Under the pieces are notes generated by a model, which did not search any database, had not been told where the DNA came from, and saw only the letters and a list, made by a program, of their open reading frames with translations. Below are positions 10,084-18,320 of a DNA stretch of 64,000 nt, one piece after another. The stretch is from Planctomycetota bacterium (lineage in GTDB: Bacteria > Planctomycetota > UBA1135 > UBA2386), in the NCBI GenBank assembly GCA_965223545.1, contig OZ245006.1, positions 1,792,001 to 1,856,000 on the forward strand, given 5' to 3'. A program made the translations under genes and the position numbers. The first letter of the stretch is position 1. Each line of letters opens with the position of its first letter.

Positions 10084-10536
10084 CACATTGTTTGGAGACA
10101 CTCCGAGCTCCTTGGCGAGCTTCCGTGAGCTCCAGTGCGTACAACCTCGCGGTTTCTCGTGCAGTGTGACGTCCACGATCCGCTCGACGTCGGCGTCGGT
10201 CACCGTGCGCGGACGCCCGACGCGGGGCTCGTCCAAGAGGCCGTCGAGTCGTTGCTCAACGAAGCGCTTGCGCCACTTGCCGACCATTGCCTGGCTGACA
10301 CCAAGTTCTTCCGCAACATGCTGGTTCTCCGCACCCGTGGCACATCGCAGAACGATCTTCGCCCGAATCGCGGATGCCGCACTACCAGACCGACGCCGTA
10401 CGAGGCGCTGCAGCACGCCCCGTTCGTCGTCCGTGAGCTTCAGAACCGCCTTCGGTCTACCCATCGCGCCCATGCGAACAGATACGGAACGACCGCTGTG
10501 AAACTAATCACCCGAACTTTTGGCTCGACCCACTAG
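10084..10536 (-). mobile_element. Truncated IS630-family element (left end and HTH part of transposase only)
   Basis: MGRPKAVLKLTDDER...RAKIVL...VGKWRKRFVEQRLDGLLDEPRVGRPRT...THWSSRKLA; similarity stops near 10084 with no DDE domain; CTAG at 10533-10536 is the likely end. Confidence 0.8.
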
Positions 10537-10559
10537 GTGACTCAGTAGGGAATTCTGTG

Positions 10560-10725
10560 TGACGCGCTCTGCTTTGTGGAGCGGGCGGTCTTGATGTAGC
10601 CCTCGGTGGTCTTGAGCTGCTTGTGCCCAAGCAGCAAGCAGCTTCTGATTGTCCTTGGTTGGAACCCCAGCCTCATCGAGTTGGGTTGCGGGTTGCGGTC
10701 GTCGCCCGGAGTGAATGGGGGGGTG
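10560..10725 (-). pseudogene. C-terminal relic of a tyrosine recombinase/integrase
   Basis: HSGRR..ATQLDEAGV...QKLL, then (after removing a 7-bp duplication at 10629-10642) GHKQLKTTEGY: HxxR, LLGH and catalytic Tyr motifs. Confidence 0.65.
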
Positions 10726-10800
10726 TACTGTAAGCGTTGCAGCGTAAGCGTCCGGTGAAGGCATCTCGAAAGCCGCTGGCGGATCGGCAGGATGCGGCGG

Positions 10801-11136
10801 ATGACGAAGAGAATCCCCGTGTGGGCTCGAGCGGAGATGCGCGAGCTACTTCAAGAGCTGGACACCTCAGGCGTGACGGTCGCCGAGTTCGCGCGCCGGC
10901 GTGGCGTCAACGCAAACCGCATCTACTGGGCAAGGCGGCAAGCCCGAGCTGCGGCGGCGCCTACGTCCGCGCCGGCGGTGTCGGACTTCGGTGAGCTGGT
11001 GGTCGCCGCAGACCCGTCTCCGCGACGAGCAGCGGCCATTGAGTTGCGGGTGCCGTCGGGCGCGGTTGTCGATGTGCAGCGCGACTTCGACGAAGCGACG
11101 CTCCGACGGCTGCTCGGAGTCCTGCTGCCATGCTGA
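10801..11136 (+). CDS. tnpA: IS66 accessory protein TnpA
   Basis: SGVTVAEFARRRGVNANRIYW and C-terminal FDEATLRRLLGVL; start 10801 or 10792. Confidence 0.85.
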   Translation: MTKRIPVWARAEMRELLQELDTSGVTVAEFARRRGVNANRIYWARRQARAAAAPTSAPAVSDFGELVVAADPSPRRAAAIELRVPSGAVVDVQRDFDEATLRRLLGVLLPC

Positions 11137-11510
11137 GCTTTCCTCCCTCGCCGCAAGTCAAGATCTTCGTTTGCCGGAAGCCGGTGGACATGAGGAAGAG
11201 CTTCAGCGGTCTGTCCGGTGCGGTCATCGACGTGGTCGACCACGACCCGCAATCTGGTCACCTCTTCCTCTTCTTCAACAAGCGCCGGACCATGATGAAG
11301 GCACTGGTGTGGGAGCCGTCTGGTTACTGGGTGCTGGCGAAGCGACTGACGAGCGGCCGCTTTCAGGTCTTCGATCGCTCGGCTGAGAACAACAGCCGAT
11401 TCGAGATTGCGAGTAGCGATCTCGCGCTCTTGTTGGACGGCATCGACCTCCGTGGCGCGCGACGCAGAGAAGTTCGCGATCAGGTGCTGCAACGACTGGC
11501 CGCGACTTGA
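11130..11510 (+). CDS. tnpB: IS66 accessory protein TnpB
   Basis: PVDMRKSFSGL...LFFNKRR..KALVWEPSG..KRL. Confidence 0.95.
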   Translation: MLSFPPSPQVKIFVCRKPVDMRKSFSGLSGAVIDVVDHDPQSGHLFLFFNKRRTMMKALVWEPSGYWVLAKRLTSGRFQVFDRSAENNSRFEIASSDLALLLDGIDLRGARRREVRDQVLQRLAAT

Positions 11511-11540
11511 TCCGTCTCCGGTTTGTGTTAATCAGAGGGA

Positions 11541-13094
11541 GTGACGCCGCTCACGGACCTCGACGAAGCCAACTCGACGATCGTCAAGCTGCGCGCCGAG
11601 ATCGAGCGCCTTCGCGGGCAGCTCGAACTGATGAAGCAGCGCACGTTCGGACGGCGCCGCGAGCACATCAATCCGAACCAACTGCTGCTGTTCGAGGCCG
11701 GCGTCGCGCAGCTCGAAGAGCTGCAGAAGCAGGCGCAGGAAGCGGAGCAGTCGAGCGAACTCGCGAAGCCTGACCCGAAGAAGAAGCGGAAGCGCGGTCA
11801 CGGTCGCGGTCAGTTCGCCGAGCACCTGGATCGGCATGTCGTCGAGGTCGACGTGCCGGAAGCGGAGCGCTGCTGCCCCGAGTGCGGCGAAGCCATGCAC
11901 TGCATCGGGACTGACGTCACCGAGCGTGGCCACATCATCCCAGCGCGGTTGGTCGTGAAGCGCTACGTGCGCAACAAGTACGCGTGCCCGCACGGGCACA
12001 GGATGAAGATGGCGTCGATGCCTGCCGGCGTCGTCGAGAAGGCGAAGTACGAGCCCTCCGTCTACGCGCATCTCGTCACAGCGAAGTACGGCGACCACCT
12101 GCCGCTGAACCGCCTGCAGGGGATCTTCCGCCGCTTCGGGGCGCACGTCCCGAAGCAGACCATGTGGGACATGCTGGCGCGCTTCGACGAGATCGCGGCG
12201 CGTCCGATCCTGGCCGAGATGCGGCGCCAGCTGCTTCAAGAAGATGTTCTTCAAGCCGACGAGACCCCGATCAGGGTGCGACTGGAAGGCCAGAAGGGCA
12301 CCCGGCGCGGTGTGCTCTGGGCCTGGCGGAGCGCTCGCGGCAGCCCCAACGAGATGGTCGTGGCCGACTTCAGGGACAATCGATCCGCGAAGGGGCCCAA
12401 CGCTTTTCTCGGCGCGTGGTCCGGGACCTTGTTGACCGATGGCTACGACGGTGTGAACCCGAAAGCGCAGCAGAACGCGATCACGCGGGCTGGGTGCTGG
12501 GCGCACGCCCGTCGGAAGTTTCGGGATGCGCTCACTGCTGGTGCATCACGGGCTGGTTTGGCGCTGCGACCGATCCAGAGGCTTTTCTGGATCGAGCGCG
12601 CCGTACTGTCCCGAGCGAAGGACCGGAACCTGACCCGTGAAGCCCTCATCGAACTGCGTGAGACCGTTCGCAGCCGCAGATCCAAAGCGGTGCTCCACCG
12701 CCTCTACGAGATCGTGTTCAGCCTCCAAGAGGACCCGGCGACCGCGGGCAACGAGCTGCTTCGCAAGGCGGTGAGCTACGCCATCCGGCAGCGGAACCCG
12801 TTGCTCGCGCACCTCGACGACGGCCGGCTGCCGATCCACAACAACGACACCGAGCGTGACCTGCGCCACGTCGTGACCGGCCGGAAGAACTGGATGACGC
12901 TCGCCAGCGAGAAGGGTGGCAACGTGGCAGCTCGCCTCTACTCGATCGTGCTCAGCTGCAAGCTGGCGAAGGTCAACGTCGAGCGCTACCTCGAGGACGT
13001 CCTGGTCGCCGTCGCCACCACGCCGTCGTCGCGCATCGCCGAACTCACGCCCTGGGGATGGGCGAAGGCACGCGCTGCCGGCCAGTCCTGCTGA
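11541..13094 (+). CDS. tnpC: IS66 DDE transposase TnpC
   Basis: CPECG, HLPLNR, LQADETP, TDGY, CWAHARRKF, NNDTERDLR, GRKNW. Confidence 0.95.
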   Translation: MTPLTDLDEANSTIVKLRAEIERLRGQLELMKQRTFGRRREHINPNQLLLFEAGVAQLEELQKQAQEAEQSSELAKPDPKKKRKRGHGRGQFAEHLDRHVVEVDVPEAERCCPECGEAMHCIGTDVTERGHIIPARLVVKRYVRNKYACPHGHRMKMASMPAGVVEKAKYEPSVYAHLVTAKYGDHLPLNRLQGIFRRFGAHVPKQTMWDMLARFDEIAARPILAEMRRQLLQEDVLQADETPIRVRLEGQKGTRRGVLWAWRSARGSPNEMVVADFRDNRSAKGPNAFLGAWSGTLLTDGYDGVNPKAQQNAITRAGCWAHARRKFRDALTAGASRAGLALRPIQRLFWIERAVLSRAKDRNLTREALIELRETVRSRRSKAVLHRLYEIVFSLQEDPATAGNELLRKAVSYAIRQRNPLLAHLDDGRLPIHNNDTERDLRHVVTGRKNWMTLASEKGGNVAARLYSIVLSCKLAKVNVERYLEDVLVAVATTPSSRIAELTPWGWAKARAAGQSC

Positions 13095-13257
13095 GACGCG
13101 TCGGCGGTCGCTTTTCAACCGCTGGCCGCCATGGCGTCACCGGACGCTTACGTTGCAGCGTTGCGTCGTCCGGTTCTCCTACGGGCCATGGGTTGGGAGG
13201 TTCAGAGTTCAGAGCACTGGCGCGCAGGGTGGAGTGGCGACTTCGAATGTTCGAATG

Positions 13258-13303
13258 GGATAGATTTACCTACAGATACAGGTAGTCGAAGTGAAGTCTA
13301 TCC
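13258..13303 (+). promoter_or_regulatory. Inverted repeat over the abiEi start, candidate autoregulatory operator
   Basis: GGATAGATTT (13258-13267) ... AAGTCTATCC (13294-13303), 9/10 inverted match, with inner TACCT/AGGTA. AbiEi proteins are known to bind promoter inverted repeats. Confidence 0.45.
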
Positions 13304-13911
13304 ACGACATCCGCGAGTCCCACCAGCAGGCGGTCGAGATCTTCCGGCGCCATGGCGGCGTCCTGCGCACCATGCAGGCGGTCCGCCTCGGCGTGCACCC
13401 GCGGACGCTGTACACGATGCGGGACAACGGCACCCTCGAGCAGCTCTCCCGCGGGCTCTACCGACTGGCCGACCTGCCACCGCTCGGCACCCCGGACCTG
13501 GTGGCGGTCGCCAAGCGCGTCCCCTCCGGTGTCATTTGCCTGATTTCGGCGCTGTCGCTTCACGAACTGACGACGGAGATCCCTCACGAGATCTACGTCG
13601 CCATCGCGCGCGGCGCCGAGACGCCGCGACTCGAACACCCCCCGCTTCGAGTGTTCCGCTTCAGCGGGGCGGCCCTCTCCGAAGGGGTTGAGATGCACGA
13701 CGTGGACGGGTGCGAGGTTCGGGTCTACAGCGCCGCGAAGACGATCGCGGACTGCTTCAAGTTCCGCAACAAGCTCGGCATCGACCTCGCGCTCCAGGGA
13801 CTCAAGCGATACCTGGCAGGCAGGAAGAGCAGCGTCGACGAACTGATGCGGTTCGCTCGCGTGTGCCGGGTCGAGACCGTCATGCGACCCTATGTGGAGG
13901 CGCTCCTCTGA
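13291..13911 (+). CDS. abiEi: Type IV TA antitoxin, AbiEi family
   Basis: wHTH LEQLSRGLYRL, GVICLISALSLHELTTEIP, KTIADCFKFRNKLG; TGATG coupling to the toxin. Confidence 0.9.
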   Translation: MKSIHDIRESHQQAVEIFRRHGGVLRTMQAVRLGVHPRTLYTMRDNGTLEQLSRGLYRLADLPPLGTPDLVAVAKRVPSGVICLISALSLHELTTEIPHEIYVAIARGAETPRLEHPPLRVFRFSGAALSEGVEMHDVDGCEVRVYSAAKTIADCFKFRNKLGIDLALQGLKRYLAGRKSSVDELMRFARVCRVETVMRPYVEALL

Positions 13912-14837
13912 TGGGTCGCGACATCACGAACGTCGCGGCATCCGTGCGGCAGCGACTCTTGAACATCGCGCGCTCGTCGAATCGGCCCTTCAACGAAGTC
14001 CTCCAGCACTTCGCCATGGAGCGGTTCCTCTACCGGCTCGCCGCGTCGCCACACAGCGGTCGTTTCGTGCTCAAGGGAGCGCTGATGATGATGGTCTGGC
14101 AGGTGCCGGTTTCGCGTCCGACGATGGACATCGATCTCCTGGCTCAGATCGACAACGAGATCGACGTGCTGACGTCGGTAGCGCGCGACGTCTGCGGGCA
14201 GCAAGTCGAACCCGATGGGATGTCGTTCGATGCCGCCAGTGTCGAGGGCCCGAGGATTGCGGAGGACGCGGAGTACGAAGGCGTGCGCGTTCGATTCCGC
14301 GGCACGCTTGGCACGGCGCGTGTATCCATGCAACTCGACATTGGTTTCGGCGACGCGGTGATCCCCGGTCCGGTGCTCTCCGACTACCCGACGATCCTCG
14401 ATCTTCCCGCGCCTCGTGTGCGCGGCTACAAGCGCGAGAGCGTTGTCGCCGAGAAGTTCCACGCCATGGTCAAGCGCGGGCTCCTCAACAGCAGGATGCG
14501 CGACTATTTCGATCTCTGGCTGCTGTCGCGGCAGTTCGAGTTCGACGAAGCCACGCTTGCCGAGGCGATCCAGGAGACCTTCGCTCGTCGGGCGACTGTC
14601 GTTCCGACCGAGCCGGTTGCGCTGACCGGCGAGTTTGCCTCGGACGCGCAGAAGCGAGCGCAGTGGAAGGCGTTCTTGCGCAAGATCCGCCTCGCGGAGG
14701 CGCCGAGCGATCTGCATGAGGTCGTCGAGCGGCTGGCTGCGTTCCTGAGGCCGGTGCTGGCCGCGATCGTGAGAGGTTCAGGCTTCGGTGCGCGATGGTC
14801 ACCGTCGAGGCTCTGGGCGCAGTCGACCCCGAAGTAG
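13911..14837 (+). CDS. abiEii: Type IV TA toxin, AbiEii nucleotidyltransferase
   Basis: SVRQRLLN, ERFLYRL, FVLKGA, RPTMDIDL, AEKFHA, NSRMRDYFD. Confidence 0.9.
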   Translation: MGRDITNVAASVRQRLLNIARSSNRPFNEVLQHFAMERFLYRLAASPHSGRFVLKGALMMMVWQVPVSRPTMDIDLLAQIDNEIDVLTSVARDVCGQQVEPDGMSFDAASVEGPRIAEDAEYEGVRVRFRGTLGTARVSMQLDIGFGDAVIPGPVLSDYPTILDLPAPRVRGYKRESVVAEKFHAMVKRGLLNSRMRDYFDLWLLSRQFEFDEATLAEAIQETFARRATVVPTEPVALTGEFASDAQKRAQWKAFLRKIRLAEAPSDLHEVVERLAAFLRPVLAAIVRGSGFGARWSPSRLWAQSTPK

Positions 14838-14854
14838 GAGCACGGGGTTGGGCG

Positions 14855-17350
14855 ATGGTGTCCGAGCGCGAGCGAATCGAAGAAGAGCTCAGGCGGGAAG
14901 AGGCTCGGCTCGCGGACTTGTCTCGTGAGCAGGAGCAGGTTCGCGCGAGGGTCGAGCACCTGCGGCAAAAGCTGGCGGATTCCCGAGGTTCGTCGTCGGA
15001 CGAGGAGACCGGGAAGCGCAAACCGCCCGCCGGTCCCAGCACTCCGGCGGAGAAGATTGCGCTGTTCCGTCGCCTGTTCCGCGGGCGTGGAGACGTGTTC
15101 CCGCGACTCTGGATCAACAGCAGGAGCGGCAAGCGGGGCTACTCGCCGGCGTGTTCCAACGACTGGGTCCGGGGCATCTGCGAAAAGCCGAAGGTGAAGT
15201 GCGGAGAATGCCCGGACCAAGCGTTCGTGTCGGTCGACGACCAGGTCATTCGCGACCATCTGCAGGGTCGCCATGTCGTTGGCGTCTACCCGCTTCTCGA
15301 GGACGAGACCTGCTGGTTCCTCGCGGTCGACTTCGACAAGAGCGAATGGCAGGAAGATGTCGCTGCCTTCGTCGAGACCTGCTCGCGACTCGAGCTGCCG
15401 GTCGCGGTCGAGCGATCACGGTCGGGCAACGGGGCGCATGTGTGGTTCTTCTTCGATGCGCCTCTGCCCGCGGTCACGGCAAGGCAGGTCGCCAGCCACG
15501 TCATCACGGAGACAATGGAGCGGCGCCCCGAGCTGGAGCTGGCATCGTACGACCGGTTGTTTCCCAACCAGGACACAATGCCGCGCGGTGGCTTCGGAAA
15601 CCTGATCGCGCTGCCGTTGCAGCACGAGGCCCGGCAAGTGGGCAACACCGTCTTCGTCGACGATCGCTTGCGACCGATCGCCGACCAGTGGGCATTCCTA
15701 GCGTCGTATCCGAGGATACCTGTGGCGCGCATGTTCGAGCTTGCCCAAGAAGCCAGCGAGTGCGGCAGGGTCGTGGGCGCATGCGTCTCGGAACCGGGCG
15801 ATGCGATCGATCTCGAGCCGTGGCTGCGCTCGCCGTCGCGAGCTGCGCAGAGTCCGAAGCTGGACGTTCCGCTTCCGAGTTCGGTCCACGCGGTGCTCGC
15901 CCAGCAGGTCTTCGTGGAGACGAGAGAGCTGCCGTCGCCGTTCCTCAATCGCATCCTGCGGCTTGCGACGTTCTCGAACCCCGAGTTCTACCAGAAGCAG
16001 GCGATGCGACTGTCGACCGCGCGGACGCCCAGGCTGATCGGATGCGCAGAACGGACGATTGCGCACATAGGGCTTCCACGTGGATGCTACTCCGCGCTGG
16101 CGGAGTTGCTGCGCCAGCACGACGTCGAGCTCGTGGTCGAAGACAAGCGGTTCGACGGAGCCCCACTGGTGGTCGAGTTCGGTGGTGCGTTGACTCCGGT
16201 GCAGCAGCGAGCAGCGCACGATCTCCTGGGGCACGAGATCGGGGTGTTCGTGGCGCCACCCGGCTCGGGGAAGACCGTTGTTGGCGCTCACGCCATCGCC
16301 GCGCGCGGGCGAAGTACCCTCGTTCTCGTCCACCGCAGCCAACTCCTCGATCAGTGGCGAAATCAGCTCGCGGCGTTTCTCGGGGTCGATCTCCGCGAGA
16401 TCGGTCAGGTGGGATCCGGCAAGCGCAAGGTCACCGGCACTTTGGATGTGGCGATGATCCAGAGTCTCGTGCGGCGAGACGAGGTCGATCCGATGGTCGC
16501 GGAGTACGGGCACGTTGTCGTCGATGAATGCCACCACGTTTCCGCCGTGTCCTTCGAGCGGGTCCTACGTGGGGTCCGCGCTCGGTACGTCCTCGGGCTG
16601 ACGGCGACCCCGCGTCGCAGGGACGGGCACCATCCGATCGTCGAGTTCCAGCTCGGTCCGGTGCGGCATGCAGTCGATCCGAAGCGTCAGGCGGCTCGCC
16701 GAGCGTTTGAGCATCGCCTCGTCGTTCGGGCCACGACCTTCCGGCTCGAGGAGGATACGACCCGTCCGAAGATCCAGGACGTCTATCGGCGCCTTGCTCT
16801 GGACGCCGACCGCAATCGGATGATCGTCGACGACATCATCACGGCGCTGGAAGCTGGCAGGTCGCCGATCGTGCTCACCGAGCGACGCGATCACCTGGAG
16901 TATCTCGTGGGTCAACTGAGCGGTGTCGCCCGCAACCTCATCGTGCTTCGGGGCGGCATGGGGTCGAAGCAGCGGCGAGAGCTTCGCCAGAAGATGGCGG
17001 CCATCCCGAGAAGTGAAGAACGGCTGCTGATCGCGACCGGCAGGTTCGTCGGCGAAGGCTTCGATGATGCTCGTCTCGACACGCTGTTCTTGACCATGCC
17101 GGTGTCATGGCGCGGAACCCTCGTGCAGTACGCCGGCAGGCTGCATCGAATGCACTCCGACAAGGCTGAAGTGGCTGTGTTCGACTACGTGGACGGCGCC
17201 GTCCCGATGCTGGCCCGCATGTTCGAGCGACGTGCGGCTGGGTACCGGGCGATGGGGTATGCACAGACGGACGATTGGCCGGCGGAGAGCGCGGTCCGAG
17301 AGGAGCCCGTGGTGGAGTTGGAGGACCGGTCGGAACCTGACCCCCTCTGA
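14855..17350 (+). CDS. AEP-type primase domain (TOTE-conflict-like) fused to SF2 DEAH/ResIII-like helicase
   Basis: N-terminal LFRGRGDVF, Cys cluster, FLAVDFD, ERSRSGNGAH, GNLIALPL; helicase motifs APPGSGKT, DECHH, GLTATP, QYAGRLHR. Confidence 0.85.
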   Translation: MVSERERIEEELRREEARLADLSREQEQVRARVEHLRQKLADSRGSSSDEETGKRKPPAGPSTPAEKIALFRRLFRGRGDVFPRLWINSRSGKRGYSPACSNDWVRGICEKPKVKCGECPDQAFVSVDDQVIRDHLQGRHVVGVYPLLEDETCWFLAVDFDKSEWQEDVAAFVETCSRLELPVAVERSRSGNGAHVWFFFDAPLPAVTARQVASHVITETMERRPELELASYDRLFPNQDTMPRGGFGNLIALPLQHEARQVGNTVFVDDRLRPIADQWAFLASYPRIPVARMFELAQEASECGRVVGACVSEPGDAIDLEPWLRSPSRAAQSPKLDVPLPSSVHAVLAQQVFVETRELPSPFLNRILRLATFSNPEFYQKQAMRLSTARTPRLIGCAERTIAHIGLPRGCYSALAELLRQHDVELVVEDKRFDGAPLVVEFGGALTPVQQRAAHDLLGHEIGVFVAPPGSGKTVVGAHAIAARGRSTLVLVHRSQLLDQWRNQLAAFLGVDLREIGQVGSGKRKVTGTLDVAMIQSLVRRDEVDPMVAEYGHVVVDECHHVSAVSFERVLRGVRARYVLGLTATPRRRDGHHPIVEFQLGPVRHAVDPKRQAARRAFEHRLVVRATTFRLEEDTTRPKIQDVYRRLALDADRNRMIVDDIITALEAGRSPIVLTERRDHLEYLVGQLSGVARNLIVLRGGMGSKQRRELRQKMAAIPRSEERLLIATGRFVGEGFDDARLDTLFLTMPVSWRGTLVQYAGRLHRMHSDKAEVAVFDYVDGAVPMLARMFERRAAGYRAMGYAQTDDWPAESAVREEPVVELEDRSEPDPL

Positions 17351-17363
17351 CCCCGTTTCAACT

Positions 17364-17432
17364 GAGATTCGCGAGACCGTTGAGACTGTCGAGACACCCA
17401 CTAAACTGCTGAGAGGGCGTCTCGCGCGTCTC
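17364..17432. repeat. 9-bp-periodic GAGAY motifs (4 direct, 2 inverted)
   Basis: GAGAT 17364, GAGAC 17373/17382/17391; GTCTC 17419/17428. Confidence 0.55.
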
Positions 17433-17475
17433 GAGCCCGAATACGGGTTCCACGTAGGAGCCTCCAGTCGGGGTA

Positions 17476-17506
17476 GGATGCAGGGGGTCGGAGGTGCAGA
17501 TCCTCT
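17476..17506 (+). other. Degenerate tRNA 3'-half-like fragment (Pro-like), possible att scar
   Basis: GGATGCAGGGGGTCGGAGGTGCAGATCCTCT; T-stem GGAGG/CCTCT with a mutated 7-nt loop; no 5' half or CCA. Confidence 0.35.
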
Positions 17507-17630
17507 TAGGTGCACGCTCTTGTCGACGGCGCGAGTTTCGAACCGGCGTTCGACGTTACGCACCAAGCCGCAGAGCAGCGCCCGAAAGTCGTCGCGTCCT
17601 GATCCGCCTTGTTCAATACGCCGCCCGGCT

Positions 17631-17966
17631 TCATGCGTCCGAAGAACACTTCCCGCAGCGCGTCATCGATCGGGTCCGCGGTCTGCGAGTCCGTTGTCGG
17701 ACCAACGGTGGCCGAGGCTCGTCGTACGACGTCGCCCAAGCGCAACGGCAGATCCGACCCCGCTGCCGGTCGCGATGAGCGCGAACGTCCTGTTCGAAGA
17801 CCTTTTGATCGATGGTCACGAAGACGTCGAACTTCGCATCGGCGGGTCCCATCAGCTCACCGCTGGTCTTTCCGGCCCAGCCCGCATCGGGAACGGTCTG
17901 TGCGTCGATTCCCGTGAGCGCCGCCGCAAGCCGGCGCGGCAGGCACTCATCGATCAGGACGCGCAT
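17631..17966 (-). pseudogene. Degenerate DUF5615/PIN-like toxin
   Basis: MRVLIDECLP...TVPDAGWAGK...FDVFVTIDQ, after which similarity is lost. Confidence 0.7.
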
Positions 17967-18160
17967 CGCTCACCAACACATCGCGGGCCAACTCCAAGCA
18001 CGGCGATGGCCTGGTCTCGCGAGACCGTCGGGAAGTCGTCGAGGCGTTGACCTCCCTCGAGGTAGTCGAGCAGAGTCTGGACCGGCACGCGCGTGCCCCG
18101 GAACACGGGCGTGCCCCCGAGGATTTCTGGTGAGCGGTCGATGCACTCGGTCGACGACAT
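17947..18160 (-). pseudogene. DUF433 antitoxin, frameshifted near C-terminus
   Basis: SPEILGGTPVFRGTRVPVQTLLDYL...FPTVSRDQAIAVL; the expected tail ELARDVL.. lies in another frame. Confidence 0.75.
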
Positions 18161-18320
18161 ACCGTCATTCTACCACGGCTCGTCGGTGCCGAATCTGCGG
18201 TAACTGTTCCGGCACGCACGTTCTTCGCGCCGCGCCGAACCGGCGCATGAACAGAAACTTCGGCCACCGGGTGTCGGCACCGGCGCCGGCCACGACGGTG
18301 ACCGTCCGTAGCTGGCTGGG

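Larger units (their letters stand above)
10744..13151 (+). mobile_element. IS66-family element B (2408 bp), intact 8-bp TSD
   Basis: TIRs GTAAGCGTCCGGTGAAGGCAT / GTAAGCGTCCGGTGACGCCAT; TSD GTTGCAGC at 10736-10743 and 13152-13159. Confidence 0.95.

Noticed and set aside
9853..10473. Complete 206-aa IS630 transposase
   Set aside because: Only ~130 N-terminal residues match; the remainder is read-through into unrelated DNA, with no DDE domain.
7264..17350. Intact prophage (spike-like gene, integrase relic, primase-helicase)
   Set aside because: No capsid, terminase, portal, tail or lysis genes; the integrase is only a fragment.
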